Notes: generated by a model not told the origin, from the letters alone. Counted from the first letter of the stretch, positions 18,404 to 29,084 are shown. The stretch: 64,000 nt of DNA from a virus (IMGVR_UViG_3300033757_000347), one strand, 5' to 3'. Program-made: numbers and translations.

Positions 18404-18936
18404 TTCGTTCTAAATTTTTTGCACGCTTCAAAAAACTCTTCGAAGCGATTAGAGCACAGTAATGGAATTATTTGATCGATTTCTACATCATCTAAATCCC
18501 ACCACTTTGCCTCCAATAATCTGTCGATCGTCGCTTGATCAAACCGAAAGTAATAAAATTTTGCCGGATTTCCGCCTACCACTGAATACGGTTTTACGTT
18601 TTCAACAACGTGCGAATTTCTGCCGATTACTGCACCATCGCCTATCGTAATTCCGCTCATTATGGTTACACCTGAACCTATCCAAACGTCGTTGCCGATT
18701 TTTACATCTCTGTTCTTTTTTAAAGGGTACCTTGACTGACTAGGTTTGTTCTTGAAGACGTCTGTGTGCTTTATGCCGAACGGGTAGGTAGTGATCCAAT
18801 CTACTCTGTGACTACCTCCTAAAAAGACGGTGACGTTATCTGCAATGGAACAAAATTTTCCTATCGTTAACTTAGCACCTTCTTCCCACAAAACTTTTAC
18901 GTGCTGCGACCCGTGTGTGTATTGTCCTACTTCCAT
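18400..18936 (-). CDS. CatB/Vat-related hexapeptide O-acetyltransferase
   Basis: LTIGKFCSIA, HRVDWITTYPF, IGNDVWIG, VGGNPAK and KWWD motifs. Confidence 0.9.
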   Translation of the reverse strand: MEVGQYTHGSQHVKVLWEEGAKLTIGKFCSIADNVTVFLGGSHRVDWITTYPFGIKHTDVFKNKPSQSRYPLKKNRDVKIGNDVWIGSGVTIMSGITIGDGAVIGRNSHVVENVKPYSVVGGNPAKFYYFRFDQATIDRLLEAKWWDLDDVEIDQIIPLLCSNRFEEFFEACKKFRTK

Positions 18937-18939
18937 CGA

Positions 18940-19641
18940 TTATTTAACTATTTCTGGTTTTTTGTAAGTAGTCCCACCGCCGTTTCTTTTAGCGGTGTTG
19001 ACATTCACAAAGACCCCATATTCGTCGCGATCTTCCATGAACTTTTTGATTCGATTCCACATGTCAGCATCAGCCGCGTAAGATTTGCCTGTTTCCTCTA
19101 TCATGTTTCTAAAAAACAGTCCAAAGTGCCGATAATTTACGCAAGTTGAAACTTTGAACAGTCGATTGGTTTCCGGTCGGTACTCGGTATAATGTTGGTC
19201 TGTTTCAATAGGCGGATAAGCTCCGCACTTAGTCGAAACAAAATTAGTTCCTGTTGCCTCTATGCAATCGGAAATTTCCATAAGGTGATTTTCCAAAAAC
19301 ATGTCATCGTGGTCCAAGTGGCAAACGTAATCGTAACCTTCACTGAGAGCTTTTCTGACCCCAACGTTCGAAGCGTTCACTCCGCTGGTCCGCCAAAGAT
19401 CCATTCCTGAGTACTTAATTCTTTCGACTGCAACCGGCAGATTCTCTACGTAAATTTTATCACGGTCAACGATCTTAGCCAACTCAAACAATTCATCAGA
19501 GTTGGAATAATCGTCTCCGATCAAAAAGAGCTTGTAGTCTTGGTGAGTTTGGTTTTTAACTGACTCCAGAGCTAATCGTAAGTGATTAGCGGTCGACCCA
19601 TCAAGTTTAAAGTACGTTGGCGTTACTATCGCTAGCTTCAT
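18940..19641 (-). CDS. GT2 glycosyltransferase
   Basis: IVTPTY, SVKNQT, YVCHLDHDD and ADADMW motifs. Confidence 0.85.
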   Translation of the reverse strand: MKLAIVTPTYFKLDGSTANHLRLALESVKNQTHQDYKLFLIGDDYSNSDELFELAKIVDRDKIYVENLPVAVERIKYSGMDLWRTSGVNASNVGVRKALSEGYDYVCHLDHDDMFLENHLMEISDCIEATGTNFVSTKCGAYPPIETDQHYTEYRPETNRLFKVSTCVNYRHFGLFFRNMIEETGKSYAADADMWNRIKKFMEDRDEYGVFVNVNTAKRNGGGTTYKKPEIVK

Positions 19642-20839
19642 CGAGTTTCTTCTTATTTTGAATGATGCTGAACCTTTTCTTTATTCCTGGAAAAGTTTGG
19701 TAAGGAACTCCGAGTTTTTCTGACACTGCTTTGCACATCGCTAACTCGTCAGCTCGGTGAGTATCGTCAAAGATCATAGTCACGTCGGTGTTGAATAGGT
19801 CCAAATTTTCAACAAAACCTGTGCGGTTTCCCTCTCCGATCCATGGACCGTCTACCAATATCACGTCGTAAGTTAAACCAGGTAGAGACTTTTCGAGAAC
19901 AGATCGATCGTACCATTCTCCTTTTAACGGAGCGTATATGTACTTCGATTTATCGGTTAAGTTCATCCACTCTGGATCGTTCTCTACGCTTATCATCTTG
20001 TACCTCTTGGCCAGATCGATAGTACCGTAACCGCTGCCTAACTCTAAAATAGTGGAGCCCGGCAGAATGTTACGAAATACCCAACCGTAAAGCTTAGAAT
20101 CGATAGCAAACCCAGGAGTCTTTTTTATGCCGTATTCCAGAAGCTTTCTATTTATCAGCGTTTTTGGAATTGCTACACCGCGTACCCGGTTTGAAATATT
20201 TTCGCCGTGAATGATCTGTAGAACCTCCAAGCTAGAAACCTTTGTCCCCATCATCTTTTCTTTTATCCTACCGTGACCAGAGTAAATACCGATCCCTGGA
20301 GAATCTGTAAGAATAGAAGTAAACGGAGACGTTCTGTCCCCGTACTTGGCAGTTGTAAAAACATTGGTCACTGGATCGTACATGTTGTAATGATCAATGT
20401 CAAAATAAAAATTTGAAGGTTCGTCAGCTTTACCTAAGTACTCATTTGCTTTCTTCTGAAGAGAATCGACAAAATCACGAGAATAACAGTCGTCTCTATC
20501 TAACCTAGAAAGCAGGTAAATTCGCTCTTCAACGTTTTTGGTTATGAATTTTTCTATCGCTGAACCAAGTTCAGAAACTTGACCGATTCTAATGATGTGC
20601 TCGTTTGGAAGAACCGGCCCAACGTCAACCACGCTCTCGTCGACGATAGTCAGCAGAATAAAATTCTTGTTACTCTGGTTCTTTAAAGAAGGTCGACAGT
20701 ACGTGTCGTACAGTCGTATGCTGTTTTTTAGCCATTCTTCCCATGTTAGACCCAACTTAGATTTGCAGATGAGCTCTCCGTTTTCGTCGTACCATTTCAT
20801 GGCTACTCTAGAAATGATGATGTGCTTGTATTTTTTCAT
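19607..20839 (-). CDS. glycosyltransferase (rhamnosyltransferase-like) fused to SAM-dependent methyltransferase
   Basis: N-terminal PSLKNQSNKNF and SRLDRDD. C-terminal ILELGSGYGT, VILVDGP and FDD. Confidence 0.75.
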   Translation of the reverse strand: MKKYKHIIISRVAMKWYDENGELICKSKLGLTWEEWLKNSIRLYDTYCRPSLKNQSNKNFILLTIVDESVVDVGPVLPNEHIIRIGQVSELGSAIEKFITKNVEERIYLLSRLDRDDCYSRDFVDSLQKKANEYLGKADEPSNFYFDIDHYNMYDPVTNVFTTAKYGDRTSPFTSILTDSPGIGIYSGHGRIKEKMMGTKVSSLEVLQIIHGENISNRVRGVAIPKTLINRKLLEYGIKKTPGFAIDSKLYGWVFRNILPGSTILELGSGYGTIDLAKRYKMISVENDPEWMNLTDKSKYIYAPLKGEWYDRSVLEKSLPGLTYDVILVDGPWIGEGNRTGFVENLDLFNTDVTMIFDDTHRADELAMCKAVSEKLGVPYQTFPGIKKRFSIIQNKKKLDEASDSNANVL

Positions 20840-22299
20840 TCGTCTATTTTTTCGTATTTTCCAGTTATCCTAGGAATAAAAACCTCCTCCGGTCGGTAGT
20901 GCGGTTTTATCATTTTTTTGTAGCTTTTGCGAAGATCCGATTCGAAACCGGTGCTTGGATTAAGCGTTAAGCTCTGCTGGTGAAGTCTCCTGTAAAAAAC
21001 GGAGTCCTTTAGCACTGAAACCGAAACTAATCCGCTGACTCTTTGAATGAATTCTGTGTCTGCTCCGCACTTCCATGCTTGGTACCCTCCAGCAATTTCA
21101 TCTATTACTTTCCTTTTTATGCACATGATTCCGTGAGCAACGTTCACCTTGGCTTCAACCGCTCCGCCAGTTCGAAAATTATTGTAAGAAAGTCTAAGAA
21201 CATCACTGTGCAGATTGTCAGCCACTTGCTTTACTAAAAATTCGCGCATGACATCATCTGAGTCAAACCTAATTATGTAATCTTTAGTTGCTTGAGAGAT
21301 CAGAGTGTTCGTCGTGATGTACGTGCCGGAATTTTCAAGCATCATGTACACAGATAAGTTTCGATACTTTTTCCTTATTTCTAAAAGCTTGTCTAGCGTT
21401 TCCTGACACCCATCAACCCCGACGAGAACTTCGAAATCATCGTATCCTTTGAAATACGATTGACTTTCTATGGAATCCAAACACTCCTCAATGTAATCAG
21501 CTGTCTTATATGCGGTTACAACTATGCTGAAAGTCTTTTTAATCGGATCTTCGGTAGTAGTAGTCGTCGTCGTTTGCGACGAAAATTCTGAAAATTTTGG
21601 GTATTTCTTTTTCTTCAGAGAGCTGAGAGTGATCAGGGTCTGTTTTCGACTGTAATCGTTGATCATAGTGTGAGCTCTTTTTGATGCGTGCTCTTCCATG
21701 TTGGTCGTGTCAATAGCTATGACGCTATCTGTCTGAAGAGCGGAAAGGTTGGAATCGTTAAGAAGTTTTCCGCTGACTATCTGTTTGGAACTAACGATCT
21801 TTGGAATCAAGAAATTGTTCTTTACAACGTACGAAAATTCAATCTCAGTTATCGAAGAAACGGAAGATCGCCTAACAGACGAAAAGGCTAAGTTAAACTG
21901 ATCGCCAGCCTTAACGTAGCACAGCTTGGTGGAAAGATTTCCCTGGTGTTGCCTAAAAAATAGACCGGCATTCTCCGGTAGAACGAATGTGCTGATTAAA
22001 AACATTCTAGGATCGACATAGAGACGATCGTGCTCGTGATAGGTCAGCAAAAATTCAACAAAGTAGGGATTTTCTTCGACTACGCTGGTTCCAGTAGGAG
22101 ATAAATGAACGTTAACTTCGACTAAAGAAGCGATAGCAAAGAATTTATCGACTAGCTCCAGCTCTCTATGGGGCATTCTCCCCCTAGTCATGATCACCAG
22201 TTCAAGATTTTCCCCTCCAAGCGCTGAAGCAATTGACCTGATTGACTTGGCAAAGAAATTTTTTGCCGAATCATCGTAATAAGTGAAAACCTTTAGCAT
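20836..22299 (-). CDS. two-domain protein with C-terminal GT2 glycosyltransferase
   Basis: FSIVVTAYK...ECLDSI...IIRFDSDD...GADTEF, preceded by a poly-Thr linker. Confidence 0.8.
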   Translation of the reverse strand: MLKVFTYYDDSAKNFFAKSIRSIASALGGENLELVIMTRGRMPHRELELVDKFFAIASLVEVNVHLSPTGTSVVEENPYFVEFLLTYHEHDRLYVDPRMFLISTFVLPENAGLFFRQHQGNLSTKLCYVKAGDQFNLAFSSVRRSSVSSITEIEFSYVVKNNFLIPKIVSSKQIVSGKLLNDSNLSALQTDSVIAIDTTNMEEHASKRAHTMINDYSRKQTLITLSSLKKKKYPKFSEFSSQTTTTTTTEDPIKKTFSIVVTAYKTADYIEECLDSIESQSYFKGYDDFEVLVGVDGCQETLDKLLEIRKKYRNLSVYMMLENSGTYITTNTLISQATKDYIIRFDSDDVMREFLVKQVADNLHSDVLRLSYNNFRTGGAVEAKVNVAHGIMCIKRKVIDEIAGGYQAWKCGADTEFIQRVSGLVSVSVLKDSVFYRRLHQQSLTLNPSTGFESDLRKSYKKMIKPHYRPEEVFIPRITGKYEKIDE

Positions 22300-22377
22300 T
22301 TACTGGCTTTTCTTTTATTTAATTCAAGTAAACTTGAAGCACATTTTTAGTAATATACTCGAAAAACAGAGATAGAT

Positions 22378-23289
22378 TTGGCCGAGGAAACTTATTATTC
22401 GATACTTGGGGTAAAAAAGGATGCCAGCCAGGACGAGATCAAGAAAGCGTTCAGAAAGCTTTCCAAAAAGTACCATCCTGACAAGAACCCGAAGGGTGAG
22501 GAGCAGTTCAAGAAGATCAACGAAGCGTACTCAGTCTTAAGCGATCCAAAAAAGAGACAGCTCTACGATACTACTGGTTCTGCCAAGGAAAGAGTGTCTC
22601 CGGTCGGAGACCCTTACTCTGACTATTTCAGCCAGTTCAGGAACGTTGCGTTCTCCATGATGAACCTTGAGTACCTGAACATTCACGTGGACCGGCACTT
22701 CAAGATTTCCGAGCTTATGAACGGCGTCGAAGACACGGTCACCTACTCTATCTCCAAAGCGAGCTTATCCGAATCAAAGGTCGAAGAAAAGACTATCAAG
22801 TATTCTGTCAACATGTCCGAACGAGGTTACCCGTTGGCCATGATAGGCAATAATATAGGAATAGTCGTGCGCGTCCGCGGGGGAGGTTCCAGCCAAGAGA
22901 TCGACGGGTTCGACGACGTTTTCAAGAGACGACACCATGGAGTAGCGACAGGCGATCTGTTCGTCAGGATCATCATAGACTTGGAGGGCTTGGAAATCAC
23001 CGAGACTTCCGATCTCGTTCAGACGGTCGACGTTTCCGTGTACGACGTCCTGTTCACCGAGGAGCTCGTCCTGGAGAACCCGTTCGGAAAAAAGTACAAG
23101 ATAAAGACTATCAATTCTCCAGCTCTTTCTAACATTCAAGTTAGAGTTCCGGAGCAGGGTCTCGTTTCCGCTATGGGAAAACGAGGGTCCTACATATTCA
23201 GGCTGAACGTCACCAGACCTGACATTTCCAAACTTAGCGAAGAAAAACTAGCCCTTCTTAAAGAATTACTTAGAGACCTTGATAAATAA
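22378..23289 (+). CDS. dnaJ: DnaJ-family co-chaperone
   Basis: J domain YYSILGV...KKYHPDKN...[21 protein letters not shown], plus a C-terminal GDLFV domain. TTG start. Confidence 0.9.
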   Translation: MAEETYYSILGVKKDASQDEIKKAFRKLSKKYHPDKNPKGEEQFKKINEAYSVLSDPKKRQLYDTTGSAKERVSPVGDPYSDYFSQFRNVAFSMMNLEYLNIHVDRHFKISELMNGVEDTVTYSISKASLSESKVEEKTIKYSVNMSERGYPLAMIGNNIGIVVRVRGGGSSQEIDGFDDVFKRRHHGVATGDLFVRIIIDLEGLEITETSDLVQTVDVSVYDVLFTEELVLENPFGKKYKIKTINSPALSNIQVRVPEQGLVSAMGKRGSYIFRLNVTRPDISKLSEEKLALLKELLRDLDK

Positions 23290-23355
23290 AGTTAGCTGAG
23301 GGCCCGTATTTTGATACGAGGCTCGCTAATAAATATCAAAAAAGTCTCAACGAAG

Positions 23356-25338
23356 TTGACTAGTACACAGATCGGACTTAAAGACCCGGCACTTCTCCAG
23401 CAGGACGTAGTCCTCATTTTGGAGAGAGCGAACCAGCCTTTAGGTGTTTCTAAAAACGCCAACGGTGACATCATACTGGAAGGGACCTGCGCGGTCTTCG
23501 GAAAGATGAACGACAATCACCGAGTGTACGAAAAGCAAGAGTACCTTCCTCACCTGAGTTACCTCATGGAAAAGATCAAGAAGGGACAGCTTTTCGGCGA
23601 GTTAGACCATCCTCAAAGCTTCGACGTTTCTCTAAAGAACGTCTCCCACACAATCGAATCCCTAACTTACGACGAACCTTCTAACAGCGTTAAGATACGT
23701 TTGAGAGTTCTGGACACGCCAAGCGGTAGGATCGCTAAGACCCTAGTGGAAGCAGGGTGCACGATTTCCAGCTCCTCAAGAGCAGCTGGTCAAGTCCTGG
23801 AAAGTGGCAAAGTCAAGCTTCACAAGATATTCACGTACGACCTGGTGGCTGAACCAGGTTTCAACGAAGCTGCCCTATCACAGGTAGCTGAGAACCTGCA
23901 AGGAAATTACACAATGCTTTTCGAATCACTGAGCACCCTGAAGGCGAATTCCATCACAAATTCGCTAGTGGACATCTCAGAAAGCTTCGATTTCGAGAAT
24001 TCTGTGCGGGTTTACAAAATAAATAATCCAAACATTCAGACTCCACAAAATAACGAAAAGCAAATGGCTAATGACTTTGTAACAAAAGAGGAAATGAATC
24101 AGTACTCGCAGGTTGTTAAGAAAAGGTTTCAGACTCTTCAGGAAAAAATCAACCAGAACAACACTGATTTACTAGCTCTTGGTGAAAAGGCCGATCAGGA
24201 CCCAGTGACGGAGAAGCTCATTCAGTTCACCAACTACTTAGCTGGTGAAATGGAACAGATCGTCGAGTTTACCAACTACCTGGCCACCATGCTTAACAAG
24301 GGAATAGGTTACACCGAACACGTTGCCGAAAAGGTAAACAACGTGATCGATTACTCGGACTACTTGGCAGGCATGACGGAACAGAATATCGCCTTCTCAA
24401 ACTACTTGAGCGAAAAGCTGAACCAGGGTCTCAACTACACCGAGTACGTTGGCGAGATGACGGAAAAGAGCATCAAGTTCGGAAACTACCTGGCTGAACA
24501 GCTGGATAAAGGAATTCAGTACACCGAGTACGTTGCTGAAAAAGCATCGCAAGGTCTGAACTTCTCGAACTACTTGGCACAGAACATCAACGAAGCCATT
24601 AAGTACGCCGAGTACCTGGGCAGTAACATTAAGAAAGGTATCGCTTACAGTGAATACATTGCTGAAACGATGAACCAGAAGGTTGGAGCAGGAACAATGG
24701 CTAAGACTCGCAAGCTTCTATCAGATGTTGCTGCTCTCAACGAAAGTATCAACATCTCAGTTAACGAATCTTCCCCAGTCGATGATCTAGTCTCAGCAGT
24801 AGACGGAATACTTTCGAACATCAAATCAAACACTGCTAATGCAGTTCTTGAAAACAAGTACCCGTTCTTAAAACTCCTCACCGAGGAAAACAAAAAGAAA
24901 TTTTACGCGCTTGACCCGGAAATCAAAAAGGCAGTCGTTGAAACTCTACGTGGAGCGGTGTTCTTCAACGAAGGTGATGTCATTGGCATCATAGAAGCTG
25001 TCATGAACAAGCAGGAAGAAAATACACCGACCTACATTAGGTTCATGCCGGACAAGTACAAGGCTGTTTACGAACAGATGAACGACAACGAGAAAAATTG
25101 GATCGCTGCTCAAGCTTCTACCGTTCACATCAACACGCCTTACCAAGCTAAAGCGTTCTGGGATTCTCGTGATCTCAGAGGAATTCACGAAAGAATTGCA
25201 CAAAGTGCAAGTATAGATAACTCAGTTAACGAAAACCAAGGTAAAGAGGGTTACATCTCGTTACAAGCAGTAAACGAAAGCGTACGCGGATATTCTAACG
25301 CGTACATTGAGTCTCTCAAACGTAGAGCAAACTCATAA
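23356..25338 (+). CDS. prohead protease (gp21-like) fused to scaffold/core region
   Basis: N.NHRVY, FGELDHP, LDTPSGRIAK, SSRAAG and TYDLVAEPGF. The start was moved to TTG 23356, downstream of a TAATAAATA motif. Confidence 0.9.
   Translation: MTSTQIGLKDPALLQQDVVLILERANQPLGVSKNANGDIILEGTCAVFGKMNDNHRVYEKQEYLPHLSYLMEKIKKGQLFGELDHPQSFDVSLKNVSHTIESLTYDEPSNSVKIRLRVLDTPSGRIAKTLVEAGCTISSSSRAAGQVLESGKVKLHKIFTYDLVAEPGFNEAALSQVAENLQGNYTMLFESLSTLKANSITNSLVDISESFDFENSVRVYKINNPNIQTPQNNEKQMANDFVTKEEMNQYSQVVKKRFQTLQEKINQNNTDLLALGEKADQDPVTEKLIQFTNYLAGEMEQIVEFTNYLATMLNKGIGYTEHVAEKVNNVIDYSDYLAGMTEQNIAFSNYLSEKLNQGLNYTEYVGEMTEKSIKFGNYLAEQLDKGIQYTEYVAEKASQGLNFSNYLAQNINEAIKYAEYLGSNIKKGIAYSEYIAETMNQKVGAGTMAKTRKLLSDVAALNESINISVNESSPVDDLVSAVDGILSNIKSNTANAVLENKYPFLKLLTEENKKKFYALDPEIKKAVVETLRGAVFFNEGDVIGIIEAVMNKQEENTPTYIRFMPDKYKAVYEQMNDNEKNWIAAQASTVHINTPYQAKAFWDSRDLRGIHERIAQSASIDNSVNENQGKEGYISLQAVNESVRGYSNAYIESLKRRANS
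24226..24675 (+). repeat. ~11 x 14-aa coding repeats (F/Y)(T/S)(N/E)Y(L/V)AE in the scaffold region
   Basis: FTNYLAGEMEQIVE / YTEYVAEKASQGLN / FSNYLAQNINEAIK and similar units. Confidence 0.85.
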
Positions 25339-25356
25339 AAAAAGCCTCAAAAAACA

Positions 25357-27063
25357 ATGGCATCAGTAAAAATGTTCAAAAGACTGAACGATGCTTCCCT
25401 AAAGGAAACTTGGGTACCTATTTTGGAAAGTTACGGCGCAGATGAGGCCACTCTAAAGTCTCGTCCTTGGTTGGTTGACGTTGCTCACTACCACGCAATT
25501 TTCGATAACGCTGGTTCTCCGGTTAACGAAGCAGTTGTTCCTGGTCTATTCTACCAGCAGCCGGGTTCTATCAGTGCAATGGGTTCCATTCACGCCCCGA
25601 CTAACGCGATGACTCCGTTCTCCGGTTTTGGAACTGGAACGGCAGCAAAAGGCAGCTACTCGAACTCAGGTTCAGGGGACAAGTTCCCGAGCTTACTTCC
25701 AGTTGCAATCCAGGTTGCAGCAAAGACGATCGGTTTCGACCTCGTCGGCGTTGTTCCTATGGACGCTCCTGTCGGATTCATTCCTTACCTCGACTACGTC
25801 TACCAGGGCGGTAACATCGACACCCAGTACGAACCTTTCGTCATCAAGATCGAAGGAATCGTTGGATCGACCGTTCTAACAGCAGGTGGTACTTTCTCAC
25901 AGCTCATCAGCGGTGACAACCTAACCGTTTCTGACGGTACAGGTAACCTTACCATCCAGTTCGTTGGATTCTCACGTGTTGACGGTGTTGCGATGTTCAA
26001 AGTTCTGTCAGACTACAGCGATGGAACCAAGAAGATCACGGACTTCATCAAGACCGGCGGTGTTCTAACTACCGTTACAATCGGTGGTGCAGCATCAGTA
26101 AAAACCTACACGCTGCTCGCAGCTAACGTACCTGGCCTCGCATCGGCTCTGGAAAACCACATTTCAGGTTTCACCACGACCAGCGATGACGACTACGCTA
26201 CTCAGCCGTGGAACGGACCATTCCTTGGAGCAAACGGAACTCAGTACGAAGGTATGAAGAGGGAAGTTGCGGAAGTTTCCAAGTTCCGCCAGATGGGTCT
26301 GAAGATGTTCACCAAGTTCGTCGAAGCAAAAGGCGACCAGGTGGCTATCTCAGCAACTGTTGAACAGATCCAGGACCTTAACCGGGTATGGAACTTCGAC
26401 GTTATCTCCATGCTGGAGAACGTTGCTGTCAACGAAGTTGCACAGTCCATCAACAAAAAGCTCGTCGACAGAGTATTCTCTCTCGGAGCTCTCCACACGA
26501 CCAACATCAACGCAATTGAAGGTGCTGGTATCACTACTCTCGACCTAACCGTTGGTTCAGGTTTCGAAAACATCTCAACGTTACAGCGTAGGGTCGTTAC
26601 CAAGATCCTCGAAATGGCTAACCTGATTTACCACAGGGGTCGTTTCGGAGCTGCTACCCACATCGTTACCAACGGTCGTGTAGCTTCCGCTCTCGCAGAC
26701 GTTGCAGGTTACACCTTCGCACCGTTCAACAACGACCTGCCGTCAGGACCTGGTCAGCTTTACCCAGCTGGTAAAGTTCACGGTCTGACTGTGTACGTCG
26801 ATCCTAACCTGAAATTCGGAGACAACCGTATCCACATCGGACGTAAGGGTGCTGACGAAGAACCTGGTGTAAAGTTCCTACCTTACATCATGGCAGAATC
26901 GCTGCAGACTATTTCCGAAGGTACCTTCTCACCGAAGATCGGTCTCAAATCGAGGTACGCTATCACGGAAGCAGGATGGCACCCGGAAACTCAGTACATC
27001 ACCCTGACCGTCGCTGGTCTTGGCGTTCTGACCGGATCCGTCGCTCCGTCGACTGGTTACTAA
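25357..27063 (+). CDS. major capsid protein (T4 gp23-like)
   Basis: TIGFDLVGVVPM, EQIQDL, EVAQSINK, VYVDP, FLPYI and FSPKIGLKSRYA motifs. Directly follows the protease gene. Confidence 0.92.
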   Translation: MASVKMFKRLNDASLKETWVPILESYGADEATLKSRPWLVDVAHYHAIFDNAGSPVNEAVVPGLFYQQPGSISAMGSIHAPTNAMTPFSGFGTGTAAKGSYSNSGSGDKFPSLLPVAIQVAAKTIGFDLVGVVPMDAPVGFIPYLDYVYQGGNIDTQYEPFVIKIEGIVGSTVLTAGGTFSQLISGDNLTVSDGTGNLTIQFVGFSRVDGVAMFKVLSDYSDGTKKITDFIKTGGVLTTVTIGGAASVKTYTLLAANVPGLASALENHISGFTTTSDDDYATQPWNGPFLGANGTQYEGMKREVAEVSKFRQMGLKMFTKFVEAKGDQVAISATVEQIQDLNRVWNFDVISMLENVAVNEVAQSINKKLVDRVFSLGALHTTNINAIEGAGITTLDLTVGSGFENISTLQRRVVTKILEMANLIYHRGRFGAATHIVTNGRVASALADVAGYTFAPFNNDLPSGPGQLYPAGKVHGLTVYVDPNLKFGDNRIHIGRKGADEEPGVKFLPYIMAESLQTISEGTFSPKIGLKSRYAITEAGWHPETQYITLTVAGLGVLTGSVAPSTGY

Positions 27064-27092
27064 GAACTAATAACACCTTAATTGGTGATACT

Positions 27093-27120
27093 AAAAGGGC
27101 TCCAAACGGAGCCCTTTTTT
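27093..27120 (+). terminator. intrinsic terminator after the capsid gene
   Basis: AAAAGGGCTCC-AAAC-GGAGCCCTTTTTT. Confidence 0.85.
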
Positions 27121-27174
27121 AGTTTTGTAATATTGGCACTGATAAATAACTTAGCGAGCGATCGCGGTAAAAAA

Positions 27175-27603
27175 ATGAAAAACGACATGACTAAGTCTGT
27201 TCTGAGCTACGACGAGTTTATCCTAGAAAAGAAGATGAACCAGGAACTGTCAAAGGGAGCTCCGGCTAAAGGAAACAAAATTACCAAGCAGGTTGACGAC
27301 GAAACGTCAGACCTTCCAGCAGGAAAGGGAAAAGCTACCCAGAAAACGGTGAAGCCTAACATGGCTGACATGCCTAAGGGTAAGGGAAAAACGATCTCAA
27401 AGAGCGTTAAACCTGGAACCACAACTCTTCTTACGAAGAAAGGTTCTGCCCCTAAGAAGATGGTCGAAACCAAGGCCGAGACCAAGCTGGTCATCAAGGG
27501 CAAGCCTATCAACAAGGAAGTAAAACCGGAAATGGCAAAGCTTCCTATCGGATCGGTAAAACCTAACCCAGCAGTTAAGAAGGCATCTCCTCTTAAAAAA
27601 TAA
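27175..27603 (+). CDS. Lys-rich basic repeat protein (histone H1-like, possible internal head protein)
   Basis: ~19-aa repeats (P.GKGK...K.VKP) and an N-terminal SYDEFILE motif. ATG 27175 follows GATAAATA. Confidence 0.7.
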   Translation: MKNDMTKSVLSYDEFILEKKMNQELSKGAPAKGNKITKQVDDETSDLPAGKGKATQKTVKPNMADMPKGKGKTISKSVKPGTTTLLTKKGSAPKKMVETKAETKLVIKGKPINKEVKPEMAKLPIGSVKPNPAVKKASPLKK

Positions 27604-27614
27604 GCGAAGCTCTA

Positions 27615-28106
27615 ATGGGAAACAAGAACACGAAAGCTTACGCAACCTTCGAAGCGTTCGACAACAACGAAGCTAACGAACTTCGGCTGAACAACATCAT
27701 GGACGATCCTATCGAAGTTGTTTTTCGTGAAGGTCGCATGGGCTTGTCAAACGAGGACGATCCGGACACGGCTTACAGAAAAGGACTTGAAGACATGTAC
27801 CATTACATGCTCTCAAAAGTAGTTCCTGAAGTAGACGAGAACATCGTTACTGAGGAAAATTCTCTGAAAACGCTAGTAGGAAAGTCAGACGACGAAGAAC
27901 TCGACCTTGACGATGCTAGAACTATCGGAAAGAAGATCTCCAAGATGCACGGTGACGATAGGAAGAAATTCATCGGAATCGTTAACTTCATGGGAGCTTC
28001 CTGCCGAATCTACAACGAGATCTGGGCAAACTACAAGCCAGTTGACCCTACTAAGAAGAAATCCAACAAGGGAAAAGAGTTCCGCGGGGACAAAGAAATA
28101 GGTTAA
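27615..28106 (+). CDS. hypothetical protein
   Basis: 163 aa ORF in the late cluster with a TFEAF motif. Confidence 0.7.
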   Translation: MGNKNTKAYATFEAFDNNEANELRLNNIMDDPIEVVFREGRMGLSNEDDPDTAYRKGLEDMYHYMLSKVVPEVDENIVTEENSLKTLVGKSDDEELDLDDARTIGKKISKMHGDDRKKFIGIVNFMGASCRIYNEIWANYKPVDPTKKKSNKGKEFRGDKEIG

Positions 28107-28127
28107 AAAATTAACTAAGCATAAAAC

Positions 28128-29084
28128 ATGAAACAACTAATACTGGGTTACTCTCAGTTCGTGAACGAGATGTACAACGCTAACGAGGAAGCAGCAAACC
28201 AGCCTGCAAAATCTGTTATCCCAGAAGGATTCATAACCCCGGAAAACATAACCGACGCAGAAGGAGGAAAAGCAAAACTTTCCGAGCTTCAGAGCAAGTA
28301 CGCGTTCAAAGCAGACGGAAATCCTATCGCTATCGACAGCAATGACCTTGTAAAATTTTACCATGGAGCTCCGGGACCGTTCGCTCAGGCAAAGCAGGAC
28401 GTAATGTCAACAATCAATACTGACATTCGTGCTTACGAAATTCAGAATGCTAAGACTGGCATCTACTACCGGATCCTTAAGGGAAGCGGTTTGGAAGACC
28501 CAGCAGCAACGGTTGACGTAGTCGGTGTCCTTGCTGGACCTAACCAAGCTGAAGAAACTCCTACTGCAACGGAAACTCCAGCAGCAGAACCTGCACCAGC
28601 GGCAGAACCGCCAGTAGCTCAGACTGAACCGGTAAAAGAAGCAAAAACTGACCTTTTAGCTACTTACACTCAGCAACCCTTAAAAAAGGAACAGGTTCAA
28701 GAAATCATGCAGCAGTTATTGGCTGAAGGTTTCGAAAAACCGGACGGCACGGTACTTACCCCAGCCGAATTACCTGACGGCCAGTGGTACTGGTCAAGGT
28801 TAGTTGGTCGGGACAGAAAAACCAACGCTATGCTAATCCAGAAATCGCTGGAAGCAAAAGCTAACAGCTTAGCTGCAAAGAATATGACTACTGTCATGTC
28901 AGTAGTTCTAGTTGCTCCGCTTAGCTCTGACGAAGTCGAAGGAGTCGGTTTCATTTGCATGAATGCTCCTGCCGAAGCTTCAGCCGGTAGCCCAACCGGA
29001 GTAAGAGGACTGGAACAGACAGAAACTCCAGCTACTGCTTCTACTCCAGTGTACGAAGCAAAGCGCTACATAAGAAACAAGTAA
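28128..29084 (+). CDS. hypothetical protein (possible virion protein)
   Basis: 318 aa with an N-terminal YSQFVNE motif and a Pro/Ala/Thr linker. Confidence 0.7.
   Translation: MKQLILGYSQFVNEMYNANEEAANQPAKSVIPEGFITPENITDAEGGKAKLSELQSKYAFKADGNPIAIDSNDLVKFYHGAPGPFAQAKQDVMSTINTDIRAYEIQNAKTGIYYRILKGSGLEDPAATVDVVGVLAGPNQAEETPTATETPAAEPAPAAEPPVAQTEPVKEAKTDLLATYTQQPLKKEQVQEIMQQLLAEGFEKPDGTVLTPAELPDGQWYWSRLVGRDRKTNAMLIQKSLEAKANSLAAKNMTTVMSVVLVAPLSSDEVEGVGFICMNAPAEASAGSPTGVRGLEQTETPATASTPVYEAKRYIRNK

Noticed and set aside
18400-18936. Antibiotic resistance gene (catB/vat)
   Set aside because: It is embedded in a glycosyltransferase operon, so a sugar O-acetyltransferase is more parsimonious.
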